Shown here: positions 1-8,041 of the stretch, piece by piece
Position numbering within the stretch: the stretch's first letter is position 1
Layout of the letters: every line of letters begins with the position of its first letter
From: a virus
Strand: one strand, 5' to 3'
IMG/VR virus record: IMGVR_UViG_3300037827_000058
Coordinates: 1-34,606 of that record
DNA: 34,606 nucleotides
Made by a program: the position numbers and the translations under genes
The notes under the pieces: model-generated
What the model was told of the DNA's origin: nothing
The model's input: the letters and a program-made list of their open reading frames with translations, nothing else
The model's database searches: none

Positions 1-127
1 ACCGCATTCCTTATGAAATGGCCGCAGAAGCCAATGGTATATGTCTTGAAACGCTATATGAATGGTTGCGGATTGGCAAACAACATCGTATGGATGGAAT
101 TGAGTCAGATTACACCATTTTTTCTGA
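1..127. repeat. Terminal direct repeat: bases 1-127 are identical to 34480-34606, consistent with an assembly overlap of a circular or circularly permuted genome
   Basis: Read directly. The string accgcattccttatgaaatgg...acaccattttttctga occurs at both ends of the window. Confidence 0.95.
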
Positions 128-341
128 GTCCTTAAAGAGGTCAGAGATGACAAGAGTCAGGCAGCATATGGATATAATCGCTGATAGACCCGAAAGATGG
201 CAAGCTGATTCATGGCTTTTAGAACGCAGGTGGCATAAGCATTTCGGTGCAAATGCACAGCTTAATGAGTTAAACAATAAACTAGACCAATTATTAGATG
301 GAGAAAAGAATGAAAAAGGAAATGCAGAAGGAAGTGACTAG
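1..341 (+). CDS. 3' part of the junction-spanning HTH protein, a terminase small subunit candidate. The gene starts at 34374 and totals 148 aa once the repeat is collapsed.
   Basis: The reading frame is continuous with 34374..34606 through the 127-bp repeat. Motif GRPSKFTPERRASIIDAISHRIPYEMAAEANGICLETLYEWL followed by WLLERRWHKHFG is typical of HTH-type TerS proteins. It sits at the head of the late operon. Confidence 0.55.
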   Translation, partial: RIPYEMAAEANGICLETLYEWLRIGKQHRMDGIESDYTIFSESLKRSEMTRVRQHMDIIADRPERWQADSWLLERRWHKHFGANAQLNELNNKLDQLLDGEKNEKGNAEGSD

Positions 342-471
342 AAAAGCCGTTAAGAAGATGATTAATAAAGATGATAAGAAAATGGAAAAAAAAGATGTGA
401 AGCAAGATAAAAAGATGATGGGTAATGAAGTGTTAAAAGCCAAGATGAAAAAGAAGGACTGCAAATACTAA
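310..471 (+). CDS. Lysine-rich microprotein, 53 aa, ending KKKDCKY
   Basis: ATG at 310 lies 5 nt after GGAGA. The ORF is below the track cutoff and was translated by eye. It appears paralogous to 1549..1647. Confidence 0.4.
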   Translation: MKKEMQKEVTRKAVKKMINKDDKKMEKKDVKQDKKMMGNEVLKAKMKKKDCKY

Positions 472-482
472 GGAGAAATAAA

Positions 483-653
483 ATGGGCGCAAGATACACA
501 TCACCTAAACCAGATGGTTATAAGGCTACTCGCAACAACATTTACCTTGAGCGTGAAGCAGTTCAACAAGTTCGTACCTACAAAGAAGCCGGTGCGTCTC
601 GTAATCTTCCAGAACAAAGCAAAGAGAACTATGGCAAGAAAAAGGGCTATTAA
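483..653 (+). CDS. Hypothetical protein, 56 aa
   Basis: Strong SD (AAGGAGA) precedes the ATG at 483. The stop forms a TAATG overlap with the next ORF. Confidence 0.5.
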   Translation: MGARYTSPKPDGYKATRNNIYLEREAVQQVRTYKEAGASRNLPEQSKENYGKKKGY

Positions 654-808
654 TGAAAGAAATTTATATAGAGGAATATATAAATCATCTTGAGAATGAA
701 ATAAATCTAATTTCTGGTACTGATGAGGAAATGAGAGAAAAGCTCTTAATATTTGTTTCTCGCATTATTTCTGATTTAAAAGGGATGTTTTTGAATGGAT
801 TTAATTAA
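653..808 (+). CDS. Hypothetical protein, 51 aa
   Basis: TAATG coupling to the preceding ORF. The region is AT-rich. Confidence 0.4.
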   Translation: MKEIYIEEYINHLENEINLISGTDEEMREKLLIFVSRIISDLKGMFLNGFN

Positions 809-950
809 TTCTAAAGAGGATATGGAAATTTATTTGTCTAGTTTAATTTATTTAGTAGAAGAACTTTACAATGAAAATATATCTATCGATGAAAAGAAAA
901 TTAAACTTATCCAACTTGCTCATGAGGTAATGAGGCATGCAGCTTCCTAA
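795..950 (+). CDS. Hypothetical protein, 51 aa
   Basis: ATG at 795 overlaps the preceding ORF by 14 nt. The predicted protein has helical, acidic composition. Confidence 0.4.
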   Translation: MDLINSKEDMEIYLSSLIYLVEELYNENISIDEKKIKLIQLAHEVMRHAAS

Positions 951-1188
951 AAAACTAGATAAAAGGATTCTTACAAGACGCACATTAGTTTGGCTTGGTG
1001 GACTAGGGGATGGGTATATGGTTATTGATATATCCAGTGATAGAGAAACATTTTCCGTTTTAGATGTAAGGAATGATAGGAATGAAGGGGTTTTAAATAA
1101 AAAATTTAACTCCCAAGATATTTTATTTTATACCAATAAAATAAAGCCTCATCATGCAGAGATTTTGATTTCTATGAAGGGTTTTTGA
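937..1188 (+). CDS. Hypothetical protein, 83 aa
   Basis: Track ORF with GAGGT 8 nt upstream of the ATG. Confidence 0.5.
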   Translation: MQLPKKLDKRILTRRTLVWLGGLGDGYMVIDISSDRETFSVLDVRNDRNEGVLNKKFNSQDILFYTNKIKPHHAEILISMKGF

Positions 1189-1205
1189 TTAACAAGGACT
1201 GTTAC

Positions 1206-1376
1206 ATGATTACATTGGACGTATTGCAACAACGTAGAGAATCTTTAGCCAATACCCTAGCCACAAGCGGAGTCGATTTAGAGATGCTTAAGGAAAGGGT
1301 AAAGGTGATAAAGAAGGAGATTGCGAACATACAGGGCGCAATCATTGAAATCGATCACATGATCGAATCGTTATAA
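1206..1376 (+). CDS. Hypothetical coiled-coil protein, 56 aa from the internal ATG
   Basis: ACAAGGA lies 8 nt upstream of the ATG at 1206. The track ORF begins at a TTG at 1185. Confidence 0.5.
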   Translation: MITLDVLQQRRESLANTLATSGVDLEMLKERVKVIKKEIANIQGAIIEIDHMIESL

Positions 1377-1388
1377 GGACATAACACC

Positions 1389-1559
1389 ATGAGTTTACTT
1401 AGTTCTATTATCCTTCCTAAGCTCGAAGCTGAATTGCTAGCCCAAGAGCCAGCTATTGCCGAGTTCCTACTCAAACAAGTACACACCTTAGCCACCGAAG
1501 TAATCGCATGGGCACAAGCCAAGGTTCCAGCTTTAGCAGGTGATCAGAATGCCAGCTAA
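1389..1559 (+). CDS. Hypothetical protein, 56 aa
   Basis: Translated by eye as MSLLSSIILPKLEAELLAQEPAIAEFLLKQ... It fills the gap between neighbouring ORFs. Confidence 0.45.
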   Translation: MSLLSSIILPKLEAELLAQEPAIAEFLLKQVHTLATEVIAWAQAKVPALAGDQNAS

Positions 1560-1647
1560 AAAACCTATGAAGAAAGAAGCCCCTAAAAAGGACATGAAGA
1601 AGAAAGACGGCAAAGACATGAAGAAATCAAAGAAGGATTGCATGTAA
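1549..1647 (+). CDS. Lysine-rich microprotein, 32 aa, ending KKSKKDCM
   Basis: AGGTGA lies 6 nt upstream of the ATG. Composition and C-terminus resemble 310..471. Confidence 0.3.
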   Translation: MPAKKPMKKEAPKKDMKKKDGKDMKKSKKDCM

Positions 1648-1698
1648 TATCCAATATTAAACTTGTTTATGATATGATATCCATTTAATGAGAATATC

Positions 1699-2181
1699 AT
1701 GACAACAACGTACGAGAAAGTTAAAGAATGGCGTAAGAACAATCCTGAAAAAGTGGCTGAACAAGCTAGAAGGTATAGAGAAAAGCATCCTAATACAGGT
1801 GCGAAAGCTAGCAAGAAGTACTATGAAAAGGATATTGAAGCATCAAGAGAGAAACATAAACTAAGGGCTAGAGAGTACAGAAAGACTAAGCCAGAGTTAC
1901 AAAAGGCAAGAATTGAAAGGTTTAAGATTAAAAACGAAGCTGCACTTTGGGAAATAGCTGGTCGTCCTAGAGCAGATAAGTGTGAGTTATGTTTTATTGT
2001 TATTTCTACGGTGTTTGATCATTGTCATGATGGAGGACACTTTAGAGGGTGGATATGTGATAGATGTAATCGTGTACTCGGATCCGTTAAGGATGACGTG
2101 ATGTTGCTGCAAGCAATGATTAATTATTTGGAGAATGACCGTGACAAAATTGACAACAAAGAAGCGAAATGCCTTACCTAA
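1699..2181 (+). CDS. HNH endonuclease, recombination endonuclease VII type
   Basis: C-terminal motif CELC...FDHCHDGGHFRGWICDRCNRVLG, with a basic helical N-terminal region. Confidence 0.8.
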   Translation: MTTTYEKVKEWRKNNPEKVAEQARRYREKHPNTGAKASKKYYEKDIEASREKHKLRAREYRKTKPELQKARIERFKIKNEAALWEIAGRPRADKCELCFIVISTVFDHCHDGGHFRGWICDRCNRVLGSVKDDVMLLQAMINYLENDRDKIDNKEAKCLT

Positions 2182-2353
2182 AGGTGATTTTGCTGGAGCT
2201 GAAAGGAGTTATCCAGTAAATGACAAGGCTCATGCTCGTAATGCTAAGGCCCGTGCGTCTGAGATGGAACATAAGGGTAAGCTATCTGCATCGAGTAAAG
2301 CTAAGATTGATGCAAAAGCTGACAAGGTACTTGGGAAGTCTAAAAAGAAATAA
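2135..2353 (+). CDS. Conserved phage protein with an LPxxxFA...YP..DxAHxRNAxAR motif (DUF6582-like, from memory)
   Basis: Sequence ALPKGDFAGAERSYPVNDKAHARNAKARAS. The start is uncertain because the ORF overlaps the HNH gene by 47 nt. Confidence 0.5.
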   Translation: MTVTKLTTKKRNALPKGDFAGAERSYPVNDKAHARNAKARASEMEHKGKLSASSKAKIDAKADKVLGKSKKK

Positions 2354-2361
2354 GGTAAGAC

Positions 2362-2547
2362 ATGGCTGTTATACCGAATAAGTGGGTTGAAAAGGAGAAG
2401 AAGAAGCGTGCTGCTGAAACCGCACCTGCTTTTGAGACTGATTTAACCGACACATGGCAACCCAGTAAAACGGAGAAGCCAAAGGCACGCCATTCTCCTG
2501 CTTCGGTCGCGACAATGCGTAAAACATTAAGAGGCATAAGGCGATAA
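2362..2547 (+). CDS. Hypothetical basic protein, 61 aa
   Basis: Track ORF with AAGGT upstream. The antisense ORFs here look like shadows. Confidence 0.4.
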   Translation: MAVIPNKWVEKEKKKRAAETAPAFETDLTDTWQPSKTEKPKARHSPASVATMRKTLRGIRR

Positions 2548-2548
2548 G

Positions 2549-2743
2549 ATGCAATGCAAATCGTGCAACTATCCCGATTCGCGTATTGTAGAAACGACTC
2601 GGGATGAAAAGACAAATCAAGTCTACCGCAGGAGAGAATGCATTAAATGCGGCAATCGCTTTACCACGCAAGAACATTTTAGAGACAACTACAAACGCTC
2701 AGACTACAAAACCCCTCCTCCTCGAAAGGTGCTTGATAAATGA
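2549..2743 (+). CDS. NrdR-like zinc-ribbon protein lacking the ATP-cone, 64 aa
   Basis: MQCKSCNYPDSRIVETTRDEKTNQVYRRRECIKCGNRFTTQE aligns without gaps to the NrdR N-terminus (MxCPxC...V.DSR...RRRRxCxxCxxRFTTxE). The stop overlaps the TerL start as ATGA. Confidence 0.7.
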   Translation: MQCKSCNYPDSRIVETTRDEKTNQVYRRRECIKCGNRFTTQEHFRDNYKRSDYKTPPPRKVLDK

Positions 2744-4293
2744 GAACTGCATCAGAGATTAGAAAGCACATTGCTGAGATTCAGCATCAGCGCAAGAAGG
2801 GCGTGGAACGCCAGATAACAGTAAAAGATAAAGGGATGATTATTCATGCTAATGACCAAGATAAAATCTATGTTCCGACTGCGACTGGTCGTATTGCTCA
2901 CCTCGATGACAGCTTTGTGCGTGTCATTATGGGCCCTTACGGAAGTGGTAAGTCTACATGGGCTCTTACAGAAATCGTCCAGCGAGCTTGTAGTGTGCCA
3001 GTGTGGCATGCTGGAAGACGTAGGAGCCGATGGGGAATTGTTAGGAACACAAGCGGAGAATTAAGCAGCACGACGCTTGCCTCGTGGCTATCATGGTTTG
3101 AAGAGCTTGGAGATGTTAGGAAAAGACAAAAGCCTGTTATGACTTACGAACACAGTTTTAATGATGGTCATGGCATAGTAGAGCTAGAATTGCTGTTTAT
3201 AGCCCTAGATAGACCCGAGGACGTGCGCAAGATTAAATCCTTGGAGTTGACAGGATGTTACATCAACGAGCTATCAGAGGTGCCACAGGCAGCTTTAGCG
3301 CATATGAAGGGTCGTGTTAATCGTTATCCTTCTAAAGCATTCTGTCATGAGCCTTATTGGTCAGGCATTATTGCTGATACGAACCCTCCAGAGGATGATC
3401 ACTGGATATACAAAGATTTTGAACAGAACACGTATGAGCATCACCGACTATTTAAACAACCACCAGGATTACTGAAACATGACGGTAAATGGGTACGTAA
3501 TCCTAACGCTGATAATGCTAGTCACTTACCTGACAATTATTACGAAATGCTTGCGGAAGGACAATCACAAGAGTTTATTAAGGTCTTTTGTCTTGGCGAA
3601 TATGGTTCTGTGGGTTTTGGTAAGCGTGTATACCCAGAGTTTAATCCTGACTTCCATGCAGTGGATTCACTCTCGGCTATCCAAGGTGAACAGCTCATAC
3701 TTGGTTGGGATTTTGGTCTTACTCCTGCTTGTGTTGTTGTGCAGTTGTCAGCTCGTGGACAATTGTTAATATTGAAAGAATATGTCGGCGATGGGATGGG
3801 AATCAGAACCTTTGCTGAAGCTATTGTAATCCCTAGCATCGCTAAGGATTTTCCTTATTGTAAAGTGGGTTTATCCATAGGAGACCCAGCAGGAAATGCG
3901 AGGAATGAAATTGTTGAAGAAATGTCCTGTATCGGGGAGCTTAATAGTCTGGGAATACCTACGACTTCTGCTCGCACCAATGACATTGATCCTCGCCTTG
4001 GTTCTGTCCGTTACTTTCTCAATCGAATGGTTGATGGAAAGCCTAGTCTTCTTCTTGATAGGCGTAATTGTCCTACACTGTTTAAGGGATTTGTTAAGGA
4101 CTATGTATTTGCACGGATTGCTGTATCAGGCGAGGAACGGTATAAAGATAAGCCTAATAAAAATATGTCCAGTCACCCGATGGACGGCTTGGGTTATGCG
4201 TGCCTTGAGATAGCGAGTGATAGGATTACGGCTGATAAAATGGGTGAGCAAAAGCATGTTGATATGTTTAACCCTGTTATGAGGATATTTTAA
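2740..4293 (+). CDS. terL: Terminase large subunit
   Basis: 517 aa with Walker A GPYGSGKST and Walker B-like CYINELSE. C-terminal nuclease-type acidic motifs are GWDFG, IGDPAG and HPMDG. Confidence 0.9.
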   Translation: MRTASEIRKHIAEIQHQRKKGVERQITVKDKGMIIHANDQDKIYVPTATGRIAHLDDSFVRVIMGPYGSGKSTWALTEIVQRACSVPVWHAGRRRSRWGIVRNTSGELSSTTLASWLSWFEELGDVRKRQKPVMTYEHSFNDGHGIVELELLFIALDRPEDVRKIKSLELTGCYINELSEVPQAALAHMKGRVNRYPSKAFCHEPYWSGIIADTNPPEDDHWIYKDFEQNTYEHHRLFKQPPGLLKHDGKWVRNPNADNASHLPDNYYEMLAEGQSQEFIKVFCLGEYGSVGFGKRVYPEFNPDFHAVDSLSAIQGEQLILGWDFGLTPACVVVQLSARGQLLILKEYVGDGMGIRTFAEAIVIPSIAKDFPYCKVGLSIGDPAGNARNEIVEEMSCIGELNSLGIPTTSARTNDIDPRLGSVRYFLNRMVDGKPSLLLDRRNCPTLFKGFVKDYVFARIAVSGEERYKDKPNKNMSSHPMDGLGYACLEIASDRITADKMGEQKHVDMFNPVMRIF

Positions 4294-4734
4294 TTGTACG
4301 TCATTCATAGAAGAGCAAGCCCAAACAAGATTAGGGATATAAATATTGCGATTGCCTATCATAATACGGGCAGAAGTCTTAAAGATGTTGCCAAGGAATA
4401 TGGTATGTCATCCGGCAATGTGGAGAGGATACATCATAGCCTTGTCCGACATATTGCAAGATGTGTAGGCTTGGATGATATCTATTTTCATACTGAAAAG
4501 AAGAACCATAGCGAGCAAATGGCGGTTTATTTACAAGAATATAAATATTTATTAGAGGGGAAAGAGTTGAAAACAGAAATTACTTTAAATGATGAAGATG
4601 GCCAAGAAGCTCTTGTGGTTTCATCATGTCATGAGAACGAATTTGTGAATATCCGATTACTAGATGAATGCACAAGCTGTGAGATTTCTATTGAAGATTT
4701 AAAAGCTGCTTTAAGAAAATTATCTGCCAAATAG
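4294..4734 (+). CDS. HTH DNA-binding protein, sigma-70 region-4-like N-terminus
   Basis: Sequence GRSLKDVAKEYGMSSGNVERIHHSLVRHIARCV. The track ORF uses a TTG start, so the true start is uncertain. Confidence 0.5.
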   Translation: MYVIHRRASPNKIRDINIAIAYHNTGRSLKDVAKEYGMSSGNVERIHHSLVRHIARCVGLDDIYFHTEKKNHSEQMAVYLQEYKYLLEGKELKTEITLNDEDGQEALVVSSCHENEFVNIRLLDECTSCEISIEDLKAALRKLSAK

Positions 4735-4743
4735 GAGATGAGT

Positions 4744-4896
4744 ATGCGTGATGTTAGATGCACTTATTGCTCAAAGTATTCAAAGAAGTTAGTGGAAAAT
4801 GGACGCTGCGAGGAATGTAATAAGGAGTATAAGGAAATTGTAGCAGGAATTATCAAACGCTACGGTGGAGCAATAAAGAAACTAGCCGAGAGGTAA
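4744..4896 (+). CDS. Small zinc-ribbon protein, 50 aa
   Basis: AGGAGA SD upstream. The CxxC...CxxC arrangement is CTYC and CEEC. Confidence 0.5.
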   Translation: MRDVRCTYCSKYSKKLVENGRCEECNKEYKEIVAGIIKRYGGAIKKLAER

Positions 4897-4898
4897 CT

Positions 4899-5069
4899 AT
4901 GGACGAACAAACTATATTGCATGGTTTAAAAGACTTAGCACTTAAAGTAACAGACTTACATGCTCGTATTAATGCTATAGAAAAGAAGTTGGAAAAGTGT
5001 AAAACTCTAAAACATATTTGTACTTGTCATGAGTATGACTGTGAAGAGGACTGTAGGGAAACAATTTAA
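4899..5069 (+). CDS. Hypothetical protein, 56 aa, with a Cys-rich C-terminus
   Basis: Translated by eye. It is tightly packed against the previous stop codon. Confidence 0.45.
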   Translation: MDEQTILHGLKDLALKVTDLHARINAIEKKLEKCKTLKHICTCHEYDCEEDCRETI

Positions 5070-5087
5070 TTAAACGGAGATTATAAA

Positions 5088-5348
5088 ATGGCTGGACAAT
5101 CAAATATCACATTATTGCTTAACTTTGCAGGTCAGGCAAATTCAGTAATTCCCAGAGATGGCAGACTTTATTGCCCAAACAATACACTTGCACAAGTTGC
5201 TGCTGCTGGATTCCTAGATAACTACTTATTGACTCAAAGTGTAAGCCTTTTACCTACTGACTTTGTATTTGCTGTGGCATCAGACGGTCACCAAATATAT
5301 AAACCCGTGTTCACCAATGGCTCATGCCAATTAACCGTTTTACCATAA
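5088..5348 (+). CDS. Hypothetical protein, 86 aa
   Basis: Track ORF with a GGAGA SD. Confidence 0.6.
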   Translation: MAGQSNITLLLNFAGQANSVIPRDGRLYCPNNTLAQVAAAGFLDNYLLTQSVSLLPTDFVFAVASDGHQIYKPVFTNGSCQLTVLP

Positions 5349-5368
5349 ACCAAAAAGGAGAAGTAAAT

Positions 5369-5641
5369 ATGTTGTTTTCAGAAGCTTTAGCACAATTGAA
5401 AGCGAGAGTACCCGTTTACCGTAAAGGCTGGGAGCCACAAGATGGTTATTTGACTTTAATGCCTGGCATGACTCACGTCTGGAAGATTGTTCTACAACCT
5501 GCGCCTAATGCTGGTAATTATATATTCTCAGTTGCTGACTTAGAAGGTGACGATTGGGATGTATATAACGAGCCTAAAGAAGTTGTTGAGGCAGCAGTAG
5601 AAGAAAAAGCCGCAGAAGCAGCTAATTACCTCTTAGTTTAG
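5369..5641 (+). CDS. DUF2829-family protein, Tad2-like, 90 aa
   Basis: The internal ATG at 5369 follows AAAGGAGAAG. Sequence is MLFSEALAQLKARVPVYRKGW...ADLEGDDWDVY. Confidence 0.65.
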   Translation: MLFSEALAQLKARVPVYRKGWEPQDGYLTLMPGMTHVWKIVLQPAPNAGNYIFSVADLEGDDWDVYNEPKEVVEAAVEEKAAEAANYLLV

Positions 5642-5719
5642 AGGTTTAAAAGGCGACTTTGACGAATAGACGTTGAAGTCGCACTTTAAGGACAATTAAC
5701 CCAACGGACGGGGAAGAGC

Positions 5720-7918
5720 ATGGAAATCATTGCCGATCAATTAGGCGTTGATGATGTTAACTCTATGAATGATGAGTTACTCCAACGACTTGAAGAAGCA
5801 GATATAGATGAAGCCGAAGTATTAAAATCAGCCCGTGATGATATGGTTCTATGGGATGGTTATTTTGGCGAGAATTCAGTACGTGGCAAGGATGACATGA
5901 ACTTCTTACTGCGTGACCAATGGTCAGCCGTTGAGCGTTCCGAATTTAGTCGTTTATTTAAACCTGCCATGACGTTTAATAAATTATACGATACAACCAA
6001 GAAAGTAGTAGGCGAACAACGGAAAAACAAGCCAGACTTAATGGTACGATCGCTAACAGGCAAAGCGACGCAAAAGCAAATAGACCTCCGCGCAGATTTA
6101 GTGCGCACGATTTCATATCAGTCACAAAACGATTTAGTTTATCAAACAGCATTTAAGCAATCCCTTATGATGGGTTATGGTGCTTTTGAAATCTGCTTAG
6201 AGTATGAAAATCCCAAAAGCTTTAATCAAATCATCCGTTATGAATTAATTCCAGATGTTACCCGTACATCCTTTGACCCAACAGCCATGAAACCACACAA
6301 AGGAGATGGTAACTTCTGTGCAAGACAGTATGTTTATACCAAGGAAGAATTTTATGCAACATATCCTAACGTCCTTAACCCTGTATCTTACGCTGACCCT
6401 CGTTCCTTGCTCGACTTCCAATGGGAAACCCGTGACACTATCGTGGTATGTAAGTACACACGCAAAGAATGGTACCCAGTAAAGCTTTATCTTCTTTCTG
6501 ATGGTCAGGCAGTAACCGAAGATGAATGGGAAGAGATGCAAGATGACATCAAGATGCAAACTGATTTAGCGGATTCTTCGGAGGTTGTAGGAGATATCAT
6601 TCGCAAATCCATACCAACTATTGTTGGTGAGAGGATGAGCAAAGACTACAAGATTCGCCAATATGTGCTGACTCAAAACCAAATCATTGAATTTACTGAT
6701 TGGCCATCAAAATATCTGCCGATTATATTTGTTGATGGAGATTCAAACTTCATTAACGGACAACAATATACCCGTTCATTTATCCATGAAGCTAAAGATG
6801 CTCAGAAATTCGTGAACTATGTGGGTTCTGAAATTGCCGCTGAAATTAAGAACAGGAGACGTGAGCAATGGATGGGCACACCGGATAACATTCTTGGTAA
6901 TGAACAAATGTGGCGAAATCCTGAGCTACAATCAGGAATATTAATCGCTAAGCCAGACCCAAAAACAGGTGCAATGCCAACCAAAATGCCGCCATGGGAA
7001 CTATCCCCTACTCTTCTACAACAATTCCAACGTGGTTCACAAGATATGCGTGAAATACTTGGATTTTCCGAAAATGAAGCACTTCAAGGTCATGACATGT
7101 CCGGTAAAGCCAGGCGTGAACGTAAACTTGAAGGTTCAATGTCAGCTTTTGTGTGGTTTGACAATCTTAACCAATCAATAGAACAAGGAGGGCGGGTTGT
7201 CCTTGACTTATTGCCTGTGATTGCAGGAGAAAATGAACGCCATATGGTTATATCAAAGGCAGATGGTCGTACTGATTCCATTACTTTAAACAAACGAACT
7301 GGTGAAGATGAAAATGGAGAACCTATTCTGGACAATGTTTTGGATCAAGGAAATTATGACATTGAAATTGACACAGGCCCTAGTTTCGCTGTTCAAAAAG
7401 ATATGGCGTTGGAGTTCTTCCAGCAAACGTTGCAAGCTAATCCGCAAGTGTTCCCCCTTATTGCAGACCTTTGGGCTAAGAATCTGGATGTACAGTATAT
7501 GCCTCAGATTGCCGAACGATTCAAAACCCTTGTTCCCCCTCAAATATTGGCTAAAGAAGAAGGAAAACAATTGCCGCCACAACCTCCAAGTCCTCAAGAG
7601 CAAATGGCGCAACAGCAAATGATGCAACAGCAACAAATGATGAAGATGAATGAACAAAAGATGGCCATCGAAGAACAACAACTCATGGAACGTGCAGAAG
7701 AGTTGAAGATTCGTAAAGAAAAACATCTCCTTGAACAGGCTGAAATGATTCTAAAGGCACAGGAAATGAAGCGGAAAGCAGGATTAGAAGAGCAGCATTT
7801 GAAAGTTGAACATGGAAAGCTTCTACTTGATGCTGATAAGTCAGAAAAAGACTTTTCGTCTAAAATTGCATCAGTGCTGTCTGAGATACATAGGCATAAC
7901 AATCCGCATCATAAATAA
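5720..7918 (+). CDS. Portal protein, P22-like, with a C-terminal Gln/Met-rich coiled-coil barrel
   Basis: 732 aa, positioned after TerL and before scaffold and coat. The last ~120 residues are helical. Confidence 0.8.
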   Translation: MEIIADQLGVDDVNSMNDELLQRLEEADIDEAEVLKSARDDMVLWDGYFGENSVRGKDDMNFLLRDQWSAVERSEFSRLFKPAMTFNKLYDTTKKVVGEQRKNKPDLMVRSLTGKATQKQIDLRADLVRTISYQSQNDLVYQTAFKQSLMMGYGAFEICLEYENPKSFNQIIRYELIPDVTRTSFDPTAMKPHKGDGNFCARQYVYTKEEFYATYPNVLNPVSYADPRSLLDFQWETRDTIVVCKYTRKEWYPVKLYLLSDGQAVTEDEWEEMQDDIKMQTDLADSSEVVGDIIRKSIPTIVGERMSKDYKIRQYVLTQNQIIEFTDWPSKYLPIIFVDGDSNFINGQQYTRSFIHEAKDAQKFVNYVGSEIAAEIKNRRREQWMGTPDNILGNEQMWRNPELQSGILIAKPDPKTGAMPTKMPPWELSPTLLQQFQRGSQDMREILGFSENEALQGHDMSGKARRERKLEGSMSAFVWFDNLNQSIEQGGRVVLDLLPVIAGENERHMVISKADGRTDSITLNKRTGEDENGEPILDNVLDQGNYDIEIDTGPSFAVQKDMALEFFQQTLQANPQVFPLIADLWAKNLDVQYMPQIAERFKTLVPPQILAKEEGKQLPPQPPSPQEQMAQQQMMQQQQMMKMNEQKMAIEEQQLMERAEELKIRKEKHLLEQAEMILKAQEMKRKAGLEEQHLKVEHGKLLLDADKSEKDFSSKIASVLSEIHRHNNPHHK

Positions 7919-8041
7919 CTTATGGTCGTACATATGGGGTAATAATCTTTTTAGAACGGTCTATAATTGTATTTAGCGAGAGAAGGATTCTCTCAGGGTT
8001 TCAGGCCTACCGTATGGTCTAGGGCACTAGAATGTGTCGAG

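Noticed and set aside
310-1647. Polybasic stretch plus near-terminal Cys in the Lys-rich microproteins as a CaaX-type prenylation signal
   Set aside because: Only one or two residues follow the Cys (CM and CKY), not the three required for CaaX.
1533-1814. 93-aa minus-strand ORF
   Set aside because: It is antisense to well-supported plus-strand ORFs (the Lys-rich peptide and the HNH gene). The hydrophobic composition is typical of a shadow of AAG/GAA-rich coding sequence, and there is no SD.
2340-2677. Two overlapping minus-strand ORFs (91 and 102 aa)
   Set aside because: They overlap each other and the plus-strand genes, including the NrdR-like ORF with its clear motif. They lie in the middle of a plus-strand operon.
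7286-7902. Minus-strand ORFs (146 and 102 aa) and a plus-strand alternative-frame ORF inside the portal 3' region
   Set aside because: These are Leu/Cys/Ser-rich mirror images of the CAA/CAG/GAA-rich coiled-coil coding region, so they are shadow ORFs.
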